This document shows, one piece after another, positions 50,021 through 62,490 of a stretch of DNA of 64,000 nucleotides (the stretch's first letter is position 1; each line of letters opens with the position of its first letter). The notes under the pieces are model-generated. The model searched no databases. It saw nothing but the letters and a program-made list of their open reading frames with translations, and was not told the origin of the DNA. This DNA comes from Octopus sinensis. Lineage: Eukaryota. The DNA lies in NCBI RefSeq assembly GCF_006345805.1, contig NC_043003.1:17732001-17796000 (forward strand), in the 5' to 3' direction. The translations under genes were made by a program, and so were the position numbers.

Positions 50021-50547
50021 ATACAATTCTATATATTAGAGATGAGGAATTCACTTTGTGTTTACTTTAGCTGAACTAGTGTCCTCATCTTGATCATTGT
50101 TTTCACTACATTTTGCTGTGTACTCTCCAGCATTCTTCAAGTGTCTTGTGTCATGATGTTTTTTTGCTTCAGTTGATTTTTTTTATGTGAATTAACCATA
50201 GTATCTTGCTAAGGATTGAACTCAGAAAACCTAGGTGACTGCTCTATATTAGGTTTATAAGCAACAGGTTTATAAAGCTTAAAAATTCACTCTGTCACTG
50301 CCTACAAGAATAGCATAGTGGATAAAAGCATTGGTTAATGTGGTGCAGTTACCTAAAGATTCTGACATCAATTCCAGGCAAGGCACTAAGGTGAATTCAC
50401 AAAAAAATGTCATAACACAAAACACCTGAAGAAGGCTGGAGTGTACACAGCTGAAACTTAGTGAAAACAGCAATCAAAATGAGGATGCACTCCGACTAAA
50501 GTAAATACATCATATGAATACCTCATCTCAAAAATTTAGAATTGCAT
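50021..50547. mobile_element. Older head-to-head dimer of the tRNA-head/hammerhead-tail unit
   Basis: Minus arm about 50021-50245 (gacac-TTGAAGA-a-tgctg..cagca); plus arm about 50300-50547 (acac-CTGAAGA-a-ggctg..cagct-GAAA). Both end ctcatctc..agaattg. Confidence 0.7.
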
Positions 50548-50643
50548 CTTTTAACAATCTTTTAAGAAAGGTTTAAATATAAAAAGTATTCTTACTAACT
50601 ATTAAAATTGTAATTTAATTGAGCATTTGTTTCACTAGCTTAC

Positions 50644-50757
50644 CTTTGCCAGTTACGGCCACAGCTTTTCTACTTTGATATTTCTTATCAATATATGTGC
50701 TAGTTTTGTAATTTAGCCCTTGCACTTTGGGAGTGCTATGAAATATTTTATTACCTG
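50644..50757 (-). CDS. Candidate internal coding exon (114 nt, phase 1-1), product unknown
   Basis: Branch-like cttaac, acceptor tattcttacAG, donor AAG|GTAAGC, open frame GNKIFHSTPKVQGLNYKTSTYIDKKYQSRKAVAVTGK. Confidence 0.4.
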
Positions 50758-51324
50758 CTGTAAGAATAAGATTATCCTATCAAGTTAAGTGTGTGTGTAG
50801 ACAATTTTCTTGATGGTGACAATTATTAAACTCTTTAATATTTTTTCACAAGCACCAGAGCATAAGCACTCCTCATGAACACAGGTTCGTGAGATGGTTG
50901 TGATCTGTAAAATGTTTTGAGTAGGAACCGTGCATGAGCACACTGAATTCATAAAATGGAAGAGAAGAATAAAAACACAATGTGCATATCAAAATAAAAC
51001 TGAGAAAAATAAAACAAGTTATATAATGGTCTGCATGCCACATGTGACACCACTAACATGCAGCTTTGCTACAATTTTCTTGTTATAGTATAAATTTAGA
51101 ACCCTTAGGAAATATGCAAATAAATCATTTAACAATAACTCACAAACCAAATGCTGCTATAAATAATAGTTTGTAATATGTTGGGATAAAATCCCTTTAG
51201 ATTGGAAAATGGCCGAAAACTACCTGTGGGACTTGAACCATGTTTCTTTTGTAAACCATGAGAGGCATGCTACCAATTATGCTAAATTTACCTTAGGTCC
51301 TTTAATTTCACAAGAAAGACAAAA

Positions 51325-51552
51325 GCAGCGAGCTGGCAGAAGCGTTAGCATGCCAGGCAAAATGCTTAGCGGTATTTTGTCTGCTGTTACGTTCTGAGTT
51401 CAAATTCTGCTGAGGTTGACTTTGCCTTTCATCCTTTTGGGGTCGATTAAATAAGTACCAGTTACGCACTGGGGTCGATGTAATCGACTTAATCCCTTTG
51501 TCCTTGTTTGTCCCTTCTATGTTTAGCCCCTTGTGGGCAATAAAGAAATAAG
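51325..51552 (+). mobile_element. Family B SINE
   Basis: gcagcgagctggcagaagcgttag head. Confidence 0.9.
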
Positions 51553-51807
51553 AAAGACAAGTATGTCTGTTTACCTGTAGAATAAAGATGTAGAAGCATT
51601 GAGAAATATGTCATTCAAAAGAATATTTCAAAGCTAATGTAATTATAATTTAATAACACGTATGTCATAGTTACAGAAAATGCATGCTATGTGTTCTGCA
51701 AATAGGTTTCTGCCTTTTACTATCCAAGAGATTTATGACCTAATATGTTACTAGCTAATATTTACATCTGTATTTTGCCTTGAGATACACCATTAAATGA
51801 CTTACAC

Positions 51808-51992
51808 TTTTTACTCTTTTACTTGTTGAAGTCATTTGACTGTGGCCATGCTGGAGCACCGCCTTTAGTTGAGCAAATCAACCCCGGGACTTATTCTATT
51901 GGTCTCTTGCCGAACTGCTAAGTTACGGGGATGTAAACACACCAGCATCGGTTGTCAAGCGATGTTGGGGGGGGACAAACACAGACACACAA

Positions 51993-52074
<82 letters not shown>

Positions 52075-52243
52075 CATGATGGGCTTCTTTCAGTTTCTGT
52101 CTACCAAATCCACTCACAAGGCCTTGGTCGGCCCGAGGCTATAGTAGAAGACACTTGCCCAAGGTGCCGCACAGTGGGTCTGAACCCGGAACCATGTGGT
52201 TGGTAAGCAAGCTACTTACCACACAGCCACTCCTGCGCCTATA
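51808..52243 (-). mobile_element. Family A SINE
   Basis: Full structure. Confidence 0.9.
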
Positions 52244-53129
52244 GTAGCACATATTCTGGAAAGAAGTTTTTGCACCTTGAAGCATGTACAAGTGATGTTG
52301 GTCCAACTTTACATGTAGGACTTGTGGTGGTGTTTTTGAGACATTTTGGTGGGGTGGTTTAAAAAGGGTACATTTTATATCCCATCAAATATGGTACTTT
52401 GTTTGACAGTGTAACTTGTTCTGTTTTATAATGACAGCTATTAGAAATTTTGTTTCAGATTTAGAAAATAGTATTCTCAACCAATAAAGAAGAAGGTTTG
52501 TAATTAAGTTTTTTAAGTGTTAAATAGTCTCATTACAAATTTAATAACTATTAGCAATAACTGCAGTAGAAAAATGTGCTGGAACTTGAAATTACTTAAT
52601 TGGAAGTGATTAAGACAAGTAGTTTAAATATAGTTTAAATAGTTAAACATAGGTGCAGGCATGGCTTTGTGGTAAGAAGTCTGTTTCCCAACCAAATGGT
52701 TCTGGGTTCAGTCCCACTGAATGGTAACTTGGGCAAGTGTTTTATACTATAGTTTCATACCAACCAAAACCTTGTGAGTGGTAGATCGAAGCTGAAAGAA
52801 GGCTATCATGTATCTATCTGTCTATGTATACTATGTGTGTATGTCTACCTTTGTTTGTCCTCACTTCACTGCATAGCAACTGGTGTTGGTTTGTTTTCAT
52901 CCCTGTAACTTAGCAGTTTTGCAAAAGGGACCAATGGAATAAGAACCAGGCTTAGGGGTTGATTCATTCAACTAAACTGAAATGAGCAAAAAGATAGTTT
53001 AACAAGGAAAATATAATATATAAAAAAAAATTTGAAATCTCAATTTAAACTTAAGTGAAAGATTAAAGAGAATTGTTTAAATTGTTAATGCATCATCTAC
53101 ATCTTTCATGAAACAATTAATTAATATAT

Positions 53130-53290
53130 TAAGTCATGGAAAAGGGATGTCCAAGAAGACATGGTATGAAGTGTTGAAGAATGACCTCCAGATGCTTAGC
53201 CACACAGAGGAGATGACAAAAGACTGAGATAATTGATGCTTTGCTGTGCTCAAGAATAATGTCCAGCTTGGTGAAAACGAGACTCTAAAA
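53130..53290 (+). mobile_element. RTE RT C-terminal fragment
   Basis: GKGMSKKTWYEVLKNDLQML-like, homologous to 18330-18420. Confidence 0.65.
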
Positions 53291-53419
53291 GTATGTGGCC
53301 CATGTCTGCTTCTTTGGACCCTATTTGTTTCTGATGAGCCTTTTCTGCTAAAACCCATTTTCCTAACACCCATCTCTTCCACAATTCCTCTTCCTAATGC
53401 CCTCCTCTCTGTTATCTTT

Positions 53420-53635
53420 CTTATTTCTTTACTGCCTACAAGGGGTTACACACAGAGGGGACAAACAGGGACAGACAAATGGATTAAGTTGATTATATCG
53501 ACCCCAGTGCGTAACTGGTACTTATTTAATCGACCCCCGAAAGGATGAAAAGCAAAGTTGACCTCGGCAGAATTTGAACTCAGAACGTAGCGTCAGACGA
53601 CATACCGATAACCATTTTGCCTGGCGTGCTATCGT
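53420..53635 (-). mobile_element. Family B SINE
   Basis: Standard body on the minus strand. Confidence 0.85.
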
Positions 53636-54316
53636 TTCAGGTTCAGTTCCACTGTGTGGCACCTTAGTATAACAGAAGTGTTTTCCTATAGCTCTGAGCT
53701 GATCAATGTCTTGTGAATGTGTTTGGTAGATTGAAATTATGTGGGAGCCCACTGTGCATGTGCATGTGTGTGTATGCACACGCATGTGTGTGTGTGTGTG
53801 TGTATATGATTGTGTGTGTTTGTGTCTTTATGTATGTCCCCACTACTCCTTGACAACTGGTGTTCATTTGTTTACATCCCTGTAACTTAGCAGGTAGGCA
53901 AAAGAGGCCAACAGAATAAGTACCTGACTTGAAACAGGTACTGGAGTTGATTTGTTTGACTAAATCCTTAACCCTTCAAGGCTGTGTCCCAGCATAGCCA
54001 TAAGTCAAAGACTGAAATTAATAAATGATAGAAGATAAAAAAAATTAAATAAACAACCTTTAGACTTTTGATCTTAAATCAGTATCTTCTATGAGAAAGG
54101 AAAAGAAAAAAAACATTACTATCTTGTTTGAAATTTATAACAATTTTTTTCTTTTATTTATCTCATATTCACCAAGGTAAATAAAAATTCATGTGAATGT
54201 GAAAAAAAATGGTTTTTCTTTTTTATATTTTTTATTCAACGTCAGCATGTTCTGAATGCCAGTTCAAATCAATAGTGGACAATTATTTTTGTTATACGTA
54301 TGCTAGTCTGTAACTA

Positions 54317-54883
54317 TTGGGTTGTCTGGAAAGTTCGTGCCGATTTATAGTAGCTTACCTTTCAACTTATTTTAGAACATAGTTGAGTCCATAAAATAGG
54401 ATTTGACTACATCTCCATTTAGAGCACAGTTTAAGCCATCTTTTCGTGGAAGAAGATTTATGTTCCTATAACCTGTGTTAATTCTGTAACCCTTTAAAAT
54501 GGAAGATAAGAAAGTTCCATTCTCGGCACTTGATGCTTTGGGAACCAGACAAAAATTGCTGCAGCTCGGCTGGGATGTGTTACCCCACCCTTCATATTCA
54601 CCAGATATTGCTCCTTCAGATTTCCACTTATTCAGGTCTCTGCAGAATAGTCTTAATGGTAAAAATTTCAATTCCTTGGATGACGTAAAAAGATACCTTG
54701 ATGAATTCTTTGCCATGAAACCACCTCAATTCTTGGAAGAGAGTATTTTCAAGTTAAAGGAACGATGGAGACGCGTTGTGCAACAAAATGGTTCATATTT
54801 GGTTGATTAAAAATGTAATGGCAAGTATTTATTGACCTTTTTCTTTCTTTTAAAAATCGGCACAAACTTTCTGGACAACCCAA
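54317..54883 (+). mobile_element. 567-bp internally deleted mariner element with 30-bp TIRs and TA duplication
   Basis: ta|TTGGGTTGTCTGGAAAGTTCGTGCCGATTT...AAATCGGCACAAACTTTCTGGACAACCCAA|ta (27/30 identical). Confidence 0.92.
54499..54810 (+). pseudogene. Mariner transposase C-terminal fragment
   Basis: LGWDVLPHPSYSPDIAPSDFHLFRSLQNSL...ERWRRVVQQNGSY, the YSPDLAPSD motif carrying the third catalytic Asp; the N-terminal two thirds are absent. Confidence 0.92.
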
Positions 54884-54957
54884 TATTTAACCATGTGACT
54901 TTAAGAATAAAGTTACATTTTATAACCTGTGACCATTGATCGAGAAGTATGCATTGA

Positions 54958-55173
54958 CCCTTAGTATTCAGATTTTTCTGTCAAACGTAAAGTGTATTTA
55001 CTCACATTGTTTTGAATTAATTAGGCATTATCTCTTAGCTTTGAGAGTTCAATAATGTGATTATTGCATTTTTGAATAACATTGTAGGATGGGTGTGAAA
55101 GATGAGATCTGGTTGGTCTGAACTAAAACATAAAATATTTGGGTCAGATATGGCCGGTTTAACTGCTACAGGG
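54958..55173 (-). mobile_element. piggyBac-like MITE copy
   Basis: ttga|ccct...aggg|ttaa, homologous to 22246-22458. Confidence 0.6.
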
Positions 55174-55643
55174 TTAAAGAGAAAAAGAAGTATATATCTG
55201 TCAAAACAATGATCGTGATATGACTTCCACCACAGATTTGAATAAAGATGAATGAATAAAGATCAAAGAGGTAGTTAGTGAATATTTTGGGTGAATGATT
55301 TGATCTTACAGATTAAGCTTATATAAATTTTGTAACTGAATTTCGTGAAGAGTTAGAATGGTTTTTCTTTCGAGATTGTCTTATGTTCAGGAGGCTGAAT
55401 AAATTAACATAAATTAAATCTTTTATCTTTATTGGTTTCAGTCATTGGACTGTGGCCATGCTGGGGCTCTGCCTTGCAGAGATTTAGTTGAATGGATTGA
55501 CCATAGTATTTATATTTTAACCTTGTAACTTGTATTGGTCCCCTTTGATCAAACTGCTAAGCTATGCAGACGTAAACAAACCAACACTGGTTGACAGCTA
55601 ATGATGGGGAACAAACACAGACATACACATACATATTTCTGTA

Positions 55644-55678
<35 letters not shown>

Positions 55679-56162
55679 GTATATATATATACATGCATAC
55701 ATACATATATGTATATATATATAAATATGTATATATATATAATAATGTGCAATGGGCTTCTTTCAGCTTCTGTCTTCCAAATCCACACAGAAGGCTTTGG
55801 TCGGCCTAGGGTTATAACAGATGACACTTACCCAGAACCCCCAGAACCATGGTGGTTGAGAAGCAAATTTCTTACCACACGCACATTCTGCTTGTGTTTT
55901 GTTTTTTGTGTCACAGGCACCTGTGCCAGTAACATGTAAAAGACGCCTGTGCCAGTGACACATAAAAAGGCACCCACTACACTCTTGGAGTGATCAGCAT
56001 TTAAGAAGGACATCCAGCCATTGAAACCAAGCCAAATCAGACTGGAGCCAGGTATAGCTACCCGGCTTACCTGTTTCAGTCAAACTATCTAACCCATGCC
56101 AGCATGGAAAGCAGATGTTAAATAATGATGATGATGATGATGATGATGTTGCTGATTATTCT

Positions 56163-56760
56163 TATTTCTTTACTGCCCACAAGGGGCTACACACAGAGGG
56201 GACAAACAAGGACAGACAAAGGGATTAAGTCAATTACATCGACTCCAGTGCATAACTGGTACTTATTTAATCGACACCGAAAGGATGAAAGGCAAAGTTG
56301 ACCTAGACGGAATTTGAACTCAGAACATAAACATAGATGAAATGCCTATTTCTTTACTACCCACAAGGGACAAAACACAGAGGGGACAAACTAGGACAGA
56401 CAAACGGATTAAGTCGATTATATCGACCCAGTGCATAACTGGTACTTATTTAATCGACCCCAAAAGGATGAAAGGCAAAGTTGACCTCGGCGGAATTTGA
56501 ACTCAGAACACAATGGCAGACAAAATGCTTATTTCTTTACTACCCATAAGGGGCTAAACACAGAGGGGATAAACAAGGACAGGCAAGCGGATTAAGTCGA
56601 TTACATCGACCCCAGTGCGTAACTGGTACATACTTAATCGACTCCGAAAGGATGAAAGGCAAAGTCGACCTCGACGGAATTTGAACTCAGAACGTAAAGA
56701 TAGACGAAATACCGCTAAGCATTTTGCCCAGTGTGCTAACGTTTCTGCCAGCTTGCTGCC
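56163..56760 (-). mobile_element. Family B SINE trimer (one head, three bodies)
   Basis: Junctions gaaatgc|ctatttc (about 56347) and aaaatgc|ttatttc (about 56530). Confidence 0.9.
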
Positions 56761-56865
56761 TTTGCTAATTATTCTGTACATTTGAATATTAGATTGCACA
56801 TTCCATGGATACTGAATCAAAGTGTCCAAGTTGAATTTCAATATAACATTTATTTCATTATGCAG

Positions 56866-56937
56866 ATGACAGATGACAACACATTTAACCTGAATGACGA
56901 GTTTCCTATTATGCAGGAAGACATCAAGCCTCTATGA
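56866..56937 (+). CDS. Candidate terminal coding exon, product unknown
   Basis: Acceptor tatttcattatgcAG, frame MTDDNTFNLNDEFPIMQEDIKPL*, AATAAA at 56991-56996. Confidence 0.35.
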   Translation: MTDDNTFNLNDEFPIMQEDIKPL

Positions 56938-57188
56938 TTTAGCAATGCTGTTTGTAAGGTCATCATAGCTAGTTTAAGAACTTCCATTTCAATAAACATA
57001 TAGGTTAAAGAAGAACATCTTGCATAAACAATATTAAAAACCTGTTGTTTGACATAACATTCATTTGTAGTATATATTTTTACCCCTCTTTTTTTCTACA
57101 GTATTTGATAAAGTTGCAAACTAAGAGAAACTAATTTTTGTATAGAGATAATCCTGTATTTAATGGCATATAAAAGATACACTATTAT

Positions 57189-57234
<46 letters not shown>

Positions 57235-57238
<4 letters not shown>

Positions 57239-57441
57239 TCTTTTACTTGTTTCAGTCATTTGACTGCAGCCATGCTGGAGCACCGCCTTTAGTCGAGCAA
57301 ATCGACCCCAGGACTTTTCTTTGTAAGCCTAGTACTTATTCTATCAGCCTCTTTTGCCGAACCACTAAGTTATGGGGACGTAAATACACCAGCATCGGTT
57401 GTCAAGCGATGTTGGGGGGACAAACACAGACACACAACCAT

Positions 57442-57523
<82 letters not shown>

Positions 57524-57650
57524 ACAGGTTTCTCTCAGTTTCCATCTACCAATTCACTCACTAGGCCTTGGTCAAGATGCCACGTAGTGGGACTGAACCT
57601 GGAATCATGTGGTTGGTAAGCAAGCTACTTACCACACAGCCTCTCCTGTG

Positions 57651-57655
<5 letters not shown>
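57235..57655 (-). mobile_element. Family A SINE
   Basis: Full structure with a head deletion. Confidence 0.85.
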
Positions 57656-57698
<43 letters not shown>

Positions 57699-58230
57699 TA
57701 TGTATATATTTATATATATATGTATGTATGTATGTATGTATTAGTTGAAAAATATCATTATAGGTATAAAAGTACCATAAACAATTATAGAAAAATGTAG
57801 GAGAAAAAGATGTTGAATCAAAATTAGATTTAATACAAAATAGGATTCAATACATACGTGCGTTTCAAAGGACAATGCAAATATGTAAGAAAAAAAATTA
57901 TAACCATAGTAATTATAATTAAATTTATGCATTGTCATTTTCATCAGTGTGAAGAATTCTTGTAAGAACATCAAAAAAGGTTTAATAAATAAAGTAAGTT
58001 AAAATAAGATACAATAAGGGAGAATACAAGTGAGGTAATAGGGAAAAAAACTGGATATTTGCAAGCAAGTTTTAAAAGGGGTAAAAATAACAGTAAATGT
58101 TCTAGGGTCGATTCTTTATATGCATTATAGATGTGAATAAGACACAGTATAGATTATGAACAGCATATAAGATGACTCACAAAAATAACCCTGGATTCTA
58201 TTTGTGAAGTTAGCCTCCTGTAAGCTTTAA

Positions 58231-58443
58231 CTCATTAGCCTGTCATATCCAGCCCGAATCTTCTGTTTTATGTTCAGACTAGTTCTAGTAGATCTAGCCT
58301 CTCACATCTACCCTGCAATATCATTCTAAAAATAAGCAATCACATCGAAATCTCCAATCTACAAGGTAATGCATGATTAATTTTTTTTTTAAATGTTAAT
58401 AAAAAAGCATTACGTTTGACAGAGTAATCTGAATACCACATGG
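58231..58443 (+). mobile_element. piggyBac-like MITE copy
   Basis: ttaa|ctcattagc...catgg|ttaa. Confidence 0.55.
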
Positions 58444-58626
58444 TTAAAGCACTAAAAATATTTTTTTCCTGAATGTACGCTACTGAAATTGGGGTACGTT
58501 TACTATACAGTGCATCTTTTATGCCAGCGGTCCCCAAACTCTTTTGTACAATGGATTTGCTTCAAGTGAGACAGTTTTCCACAGATTGAGGGATCACACA
58601 TATAACAAAACACTAAGTGCATAATA

Positions 58627-59312
58627 CAGTGATCCCTCGCTACTTCGTGGTACAACTATTGCGGATTCACGACTTCGCGGATTTTAAAAATATATATTTA
58701 CGTGCGGGTGGCACGTAAAAAGCACCCACTACACTCACGGAGTGGTTGGTGTTAGGAAGGGCATCCAGCCGTAGAAACACTGCCAGATCAGACTGGGCCA
58801 ATGCAGCCTTCTGGCTTCACAGACCCCAGTTGAACCGTCCAACCCATGCTAGCATGGAAAGCGGGCGCTAAATGATGATGATGATGATATATATGAATGC
58901 CTAAAATTTGTCATTAAATCCATTAAAATATTAATAATAAATTATTTCCTAGTCTAGGAACAACAAAACTAGCGTAAAATAGCAAAAAAGCATATATGGG
59001 GGTATTTGAATTTAAGACGGGCTGTGATTGGTGCAATGGAGAGAGACGACGAATCACAGCTTTCTAGGCCAGATTGTCCTGTGTAACAGTAACAATCTTT
59101 ATTTTTTTAATCTAAAGTGTTATTGCTTAACAGTTGTCCTTATTATTAATAGACTACTGTAATGGGTGGGTTGTTAACAGTACGGGGGGGGGGGTTAAAA
59201 GTCCAAATACACGTTAAATAAATACTGTAAATATGGTGTCCCTACTTCATGGAAATTCAGTTATCTCGACTAGTCTCAGAACCAATCTACCGCAATAAAC
59301 GAGGGATCACTG
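58627..59312. mobile_element. pogo/Tigger-like MITE with nested RTE-tail insertion (about 58700-58890)
   Basis: ta|CAGTGATCCCTCG...CGAGGGATCACTG|ta. Confidence 0.75.
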
Positions 59313-59399
59313 TATATCATTTAATTATTATGTATTTGTTACATCCGTATATGTTATTAACAATACCTAGAAGAAAGTGCTTCTTTTCTACTCACCAAG

Positions 59400-59730
59400 G
59401 TGAATGGTGTGTTTGCCAGGAGAAACTGATGCCATCAGACAGCATCTAACTACCATTGGCAATTTCAGCTCTGAACTGCAACACCCTCCTGTTGGTGGGC
59501 CAGCAAAGGCGGCCAAATCACTGCTACTAATTTCCTCCTGGTTTCCTACTTAACTATTCTTTCTTGCTCCATAACCAGCTAAAGGCTTTTTCTGCTACCT
59601 CTCCCATCCTGCGCATAGCCACCCTTCACTCTTTTCCTCTCATTTCAATGGCTTTAAGCATTTTCCATACCGACTGGGTAGGGACTCCCCTACAACCAAT
59701 GACACTTATAGAATGCAAAAACACCCAGAA
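59400..59730 (-). mobile_element. HERO-like (restriction-endonuclease non-LTR) 3' relic
   Basis: IGCRGVPTQSVWKMLKAIEMRGKE*RVAMRRMGEVAEKAFSWLWSKKE* resembles the VEVGCRGF...AERASxWLW C-terminus, followed by a 3' UTR-like ctggcccaccaacaggag. Confidence 0.65.
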
Positions 59731-60502
59731 GACTGTGATGGTCAATAAAATAGAAATAAAATTTCAAAATTTATTCTTTCTGTGCAATTTGGTCCCAAAT
59801 GACCCACAGCCCAGCACTGGTCTGCACTCAGTGCCCAGTGTCCCCTACTTTATGCTATCAAATAAGAACTAGTGATATGTTATCAACAGTTATGACAAAG
59901 GACATAAAAATAAAAATAAACAGTATTTAATCTTATGCTCTGAAACTGTGAGGGTGTGTGACCCAGTGATAGGGTTTTGTGTTCAGAATTGCTAGATCAT
60001 GAGTTCAATTCCAAGACTGGGTGGTGTGTTGTGCTCTTGAGCAAAACACTTCATTTCAGCTCGCTCTGTGGGTGGGGGAGTGGCAGAATCACTGACGTTT
60101 TAGCAGAAGTGCTTTAAGGTATATCTTTCAGCTTTCTTCATTCTGAGTTCAAATCCCACCTGTCTGGAGAAGGCTTCGGGAAACCACTTCAGTATTCACC
60201 CCAAATCTTGTCATGGTAGTCAGAGTTCCAGTAATCTACTTAGGGGAGGGTATGGGCCCTCTTAGGACATATAGAGTACTGGAACAGGTTGACATGCACA
60301 GGACTTGCCCAACTGCAGACCACTGCCAGACTCTTAAACCACACACACACACACTTATATATACACACAAATATACTTATACTTAAGTGTCTTTGGCTCT
60401 TGTTTCTAGCAATGTAAGTGCTACCCTGTACCCTCAGTCATTATTAGTGACAATTGAAGTTTTCCTTTTGGTTTTATATTGCATCTAGCCACCTTGTTAT
60501 TT

Positions 60503-60555
<53 letters not shown>

Positions 60556-60607
60556 TTATCTATATATGTATGTATATATTTATATAACATGTATATATTT
60601 ATATATA

Positions 60608-60707
60608 TGGGCAAGTGTCTTCTATAGCCATGGGCCAACCAAAGCCTTGTGAGTGGATTTTGTAGACAGAAATTGAAAGAAGGCCATCGTATGTGTGTGT
60701 GTGTATT

Positions 60708-60738
<31 letters not shown>

Positions 60739-61230
60739 ATGTTTGTGTGTCTGTGTTTGTCCATCCAACATCGCTTGACAACCGGTGCTGGTGTGTTTAT
60801 GTCCCCGTAACTTAGCAGTTCGGTAAAAGAGACCGGTAGAATAAGTACTAGGCTTACAAAGAATAAGTCCTGGGGTAAATTTGCTCAACTAAAGGCGGTG
60901 CTCCAGCATGGCCACTGTCAAATGACTGAAACAAGTAACAAGAGTAAAGAGTACCGTTACGTTCTGAGTTCAAATTCCGCTGAGATCGACTTTGCCTTTT
61001 ATCCTTTCGGGCTTGATAAATTAAATACCAGTTGCACACTGCGGTCGATGTAATCGACTTGATCCGTTTGTCTGTCCTTGTTTGTCCTCCCCTCTGTGTG
61101 TAGCCCCTTGTGGGTAGTAAAGAAATAGCTATAGAAGAAGACACTTGCCCAAGGTGCCACACAGTGGGAACAAACCCAGAACCATGTGGTTGGTAAACAA
61201 GCTACTTACCACGCAGCTACTCCTGCGCCT
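60608..61230. mobile_element. Patchwork: truncated family A (+), truncated family B (+), family A head (-)
   Basis: Junctions agagta|ccgttacgttc and gaaatag|ctatagaagaagac. Confidence 0.8.
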
Positions 61231-62079
61231 TAAAAAAAGATAGATGAAATACTGATAAGCATTTTGCACAGCATGCTAACTTTTCTGCAACAAGTTTAAC
61301 CACAAATTTATTTCACTGAATTCTTTATCATTTTCGAAATTAGTTGAAACAAAATGTATTTCAACAAAAATATGATTAAAAAATGCCTTAATAACTGTCA
61401 AATTTCTGTTATTGCTTTCTCATGTGTATTTATCTATTTATTTACTTTCTTTCCTTTTTTGTTATTTTTAGTAAACCTCAATAAACGAGGATATCTTCAG
61501 CACAGGAAACTGAGAAAAAACAAAAAAACTTGTTTTTATTTTCCTAATAATTTGTCATTGGTTGTAACTGCAGGTATAAGACAAGAATAGAAGTTTTAGT
61601 CTAGTTTTTTTATTGTTTGACTAAAGATTGTAGTACAAACCTATTGGCAGTTTTTCAAATAGTTTACATGCCTTCTCCTTCACGATTTTTATACAAAATT
61701 TGAATAGCAAACTGTGTCAAAACAAGTACGCGTATTTATGATTGTAAAACTAGAAACTTTAAATATATATGTGTGTGTGTACACACATTCATCATTATAT
61801 ATATATATATATACACATTCACACACATATACATATATAAAAACACTGAAAAAAAAACTGGTTTTGCAAGATTTGAAAGAGAGAATTTTATATGACAATA
61901 GATTAACATACATATTGTTTACACAACATATCTCAAATATTGCTTGAAATGTACATGAAAACATACCAGTAATATATAGAAAACTTTGTTTTTCTTTTCT
62001 TTCCTCTCTAAAGTAGACAAAATATTTTTATTCAAAACATGTTAAATTTACAAATGTTTATTGTGGAAATGTGTCTCTG

Positions 62080-62490
62080 TAGGAGTGGCTGTGTGGTAAG
62101 TAGCTTGCTTATGAACTACATATTTCCAGGTTCAGTCCCACTGCGTGGCACCTTGGGCAAGTGTCCTTTACTATAGCCTCAGGCCAACCAAAGCCTTGTC
62201 AATGGATTTGGTAGACAGAAACTGAAAGAAGCCTGTCGTATGTATATATATATATATATGTATATGTGTGTGTATATGTATGTGTGTCTGTATTTGTCCC
62301 CCCAACATTGCTTGATAACCGATGCTGGTGTGTTTACGTCCCTGTAACTTAGCAGTTCGGCAAAAGAGACTGATAGAATAAGTACTAGGCTTACAAAGAT
62401 TAAGTCCTGGGATCGATGTGACCGACTAAAGGCAGTGCTGTAGCATGGCCACAGTCAAATGACTGAAACAAGTAAAAGACTAAACGACTA
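62080..62490 (+). mobile_element. Family A SINE
   Basis: Full structure. Confidence 0.9.

Noticed and set aside
51565-51595. Minus-strand tctttattctacAG|GTAAAC as a recursive splice site
   Set aside because: A single motif in AT-rich DNA is expected by chance; it cannot be supported without nascent-RNA data.
56163-56760. CRISPR-like repeat arrays
   Set aside because: Units are about 180-bp SINE bodies with no unique spacers, in a eukaryotic context with no cas genes.
61472-61573. 102-nt phase 1-1 plus-strand exon candidate
   Set aside because: Splice signals are plausible but the body contains A-runs and T-runs typical of non-coding DNA; no recognisable peptide.
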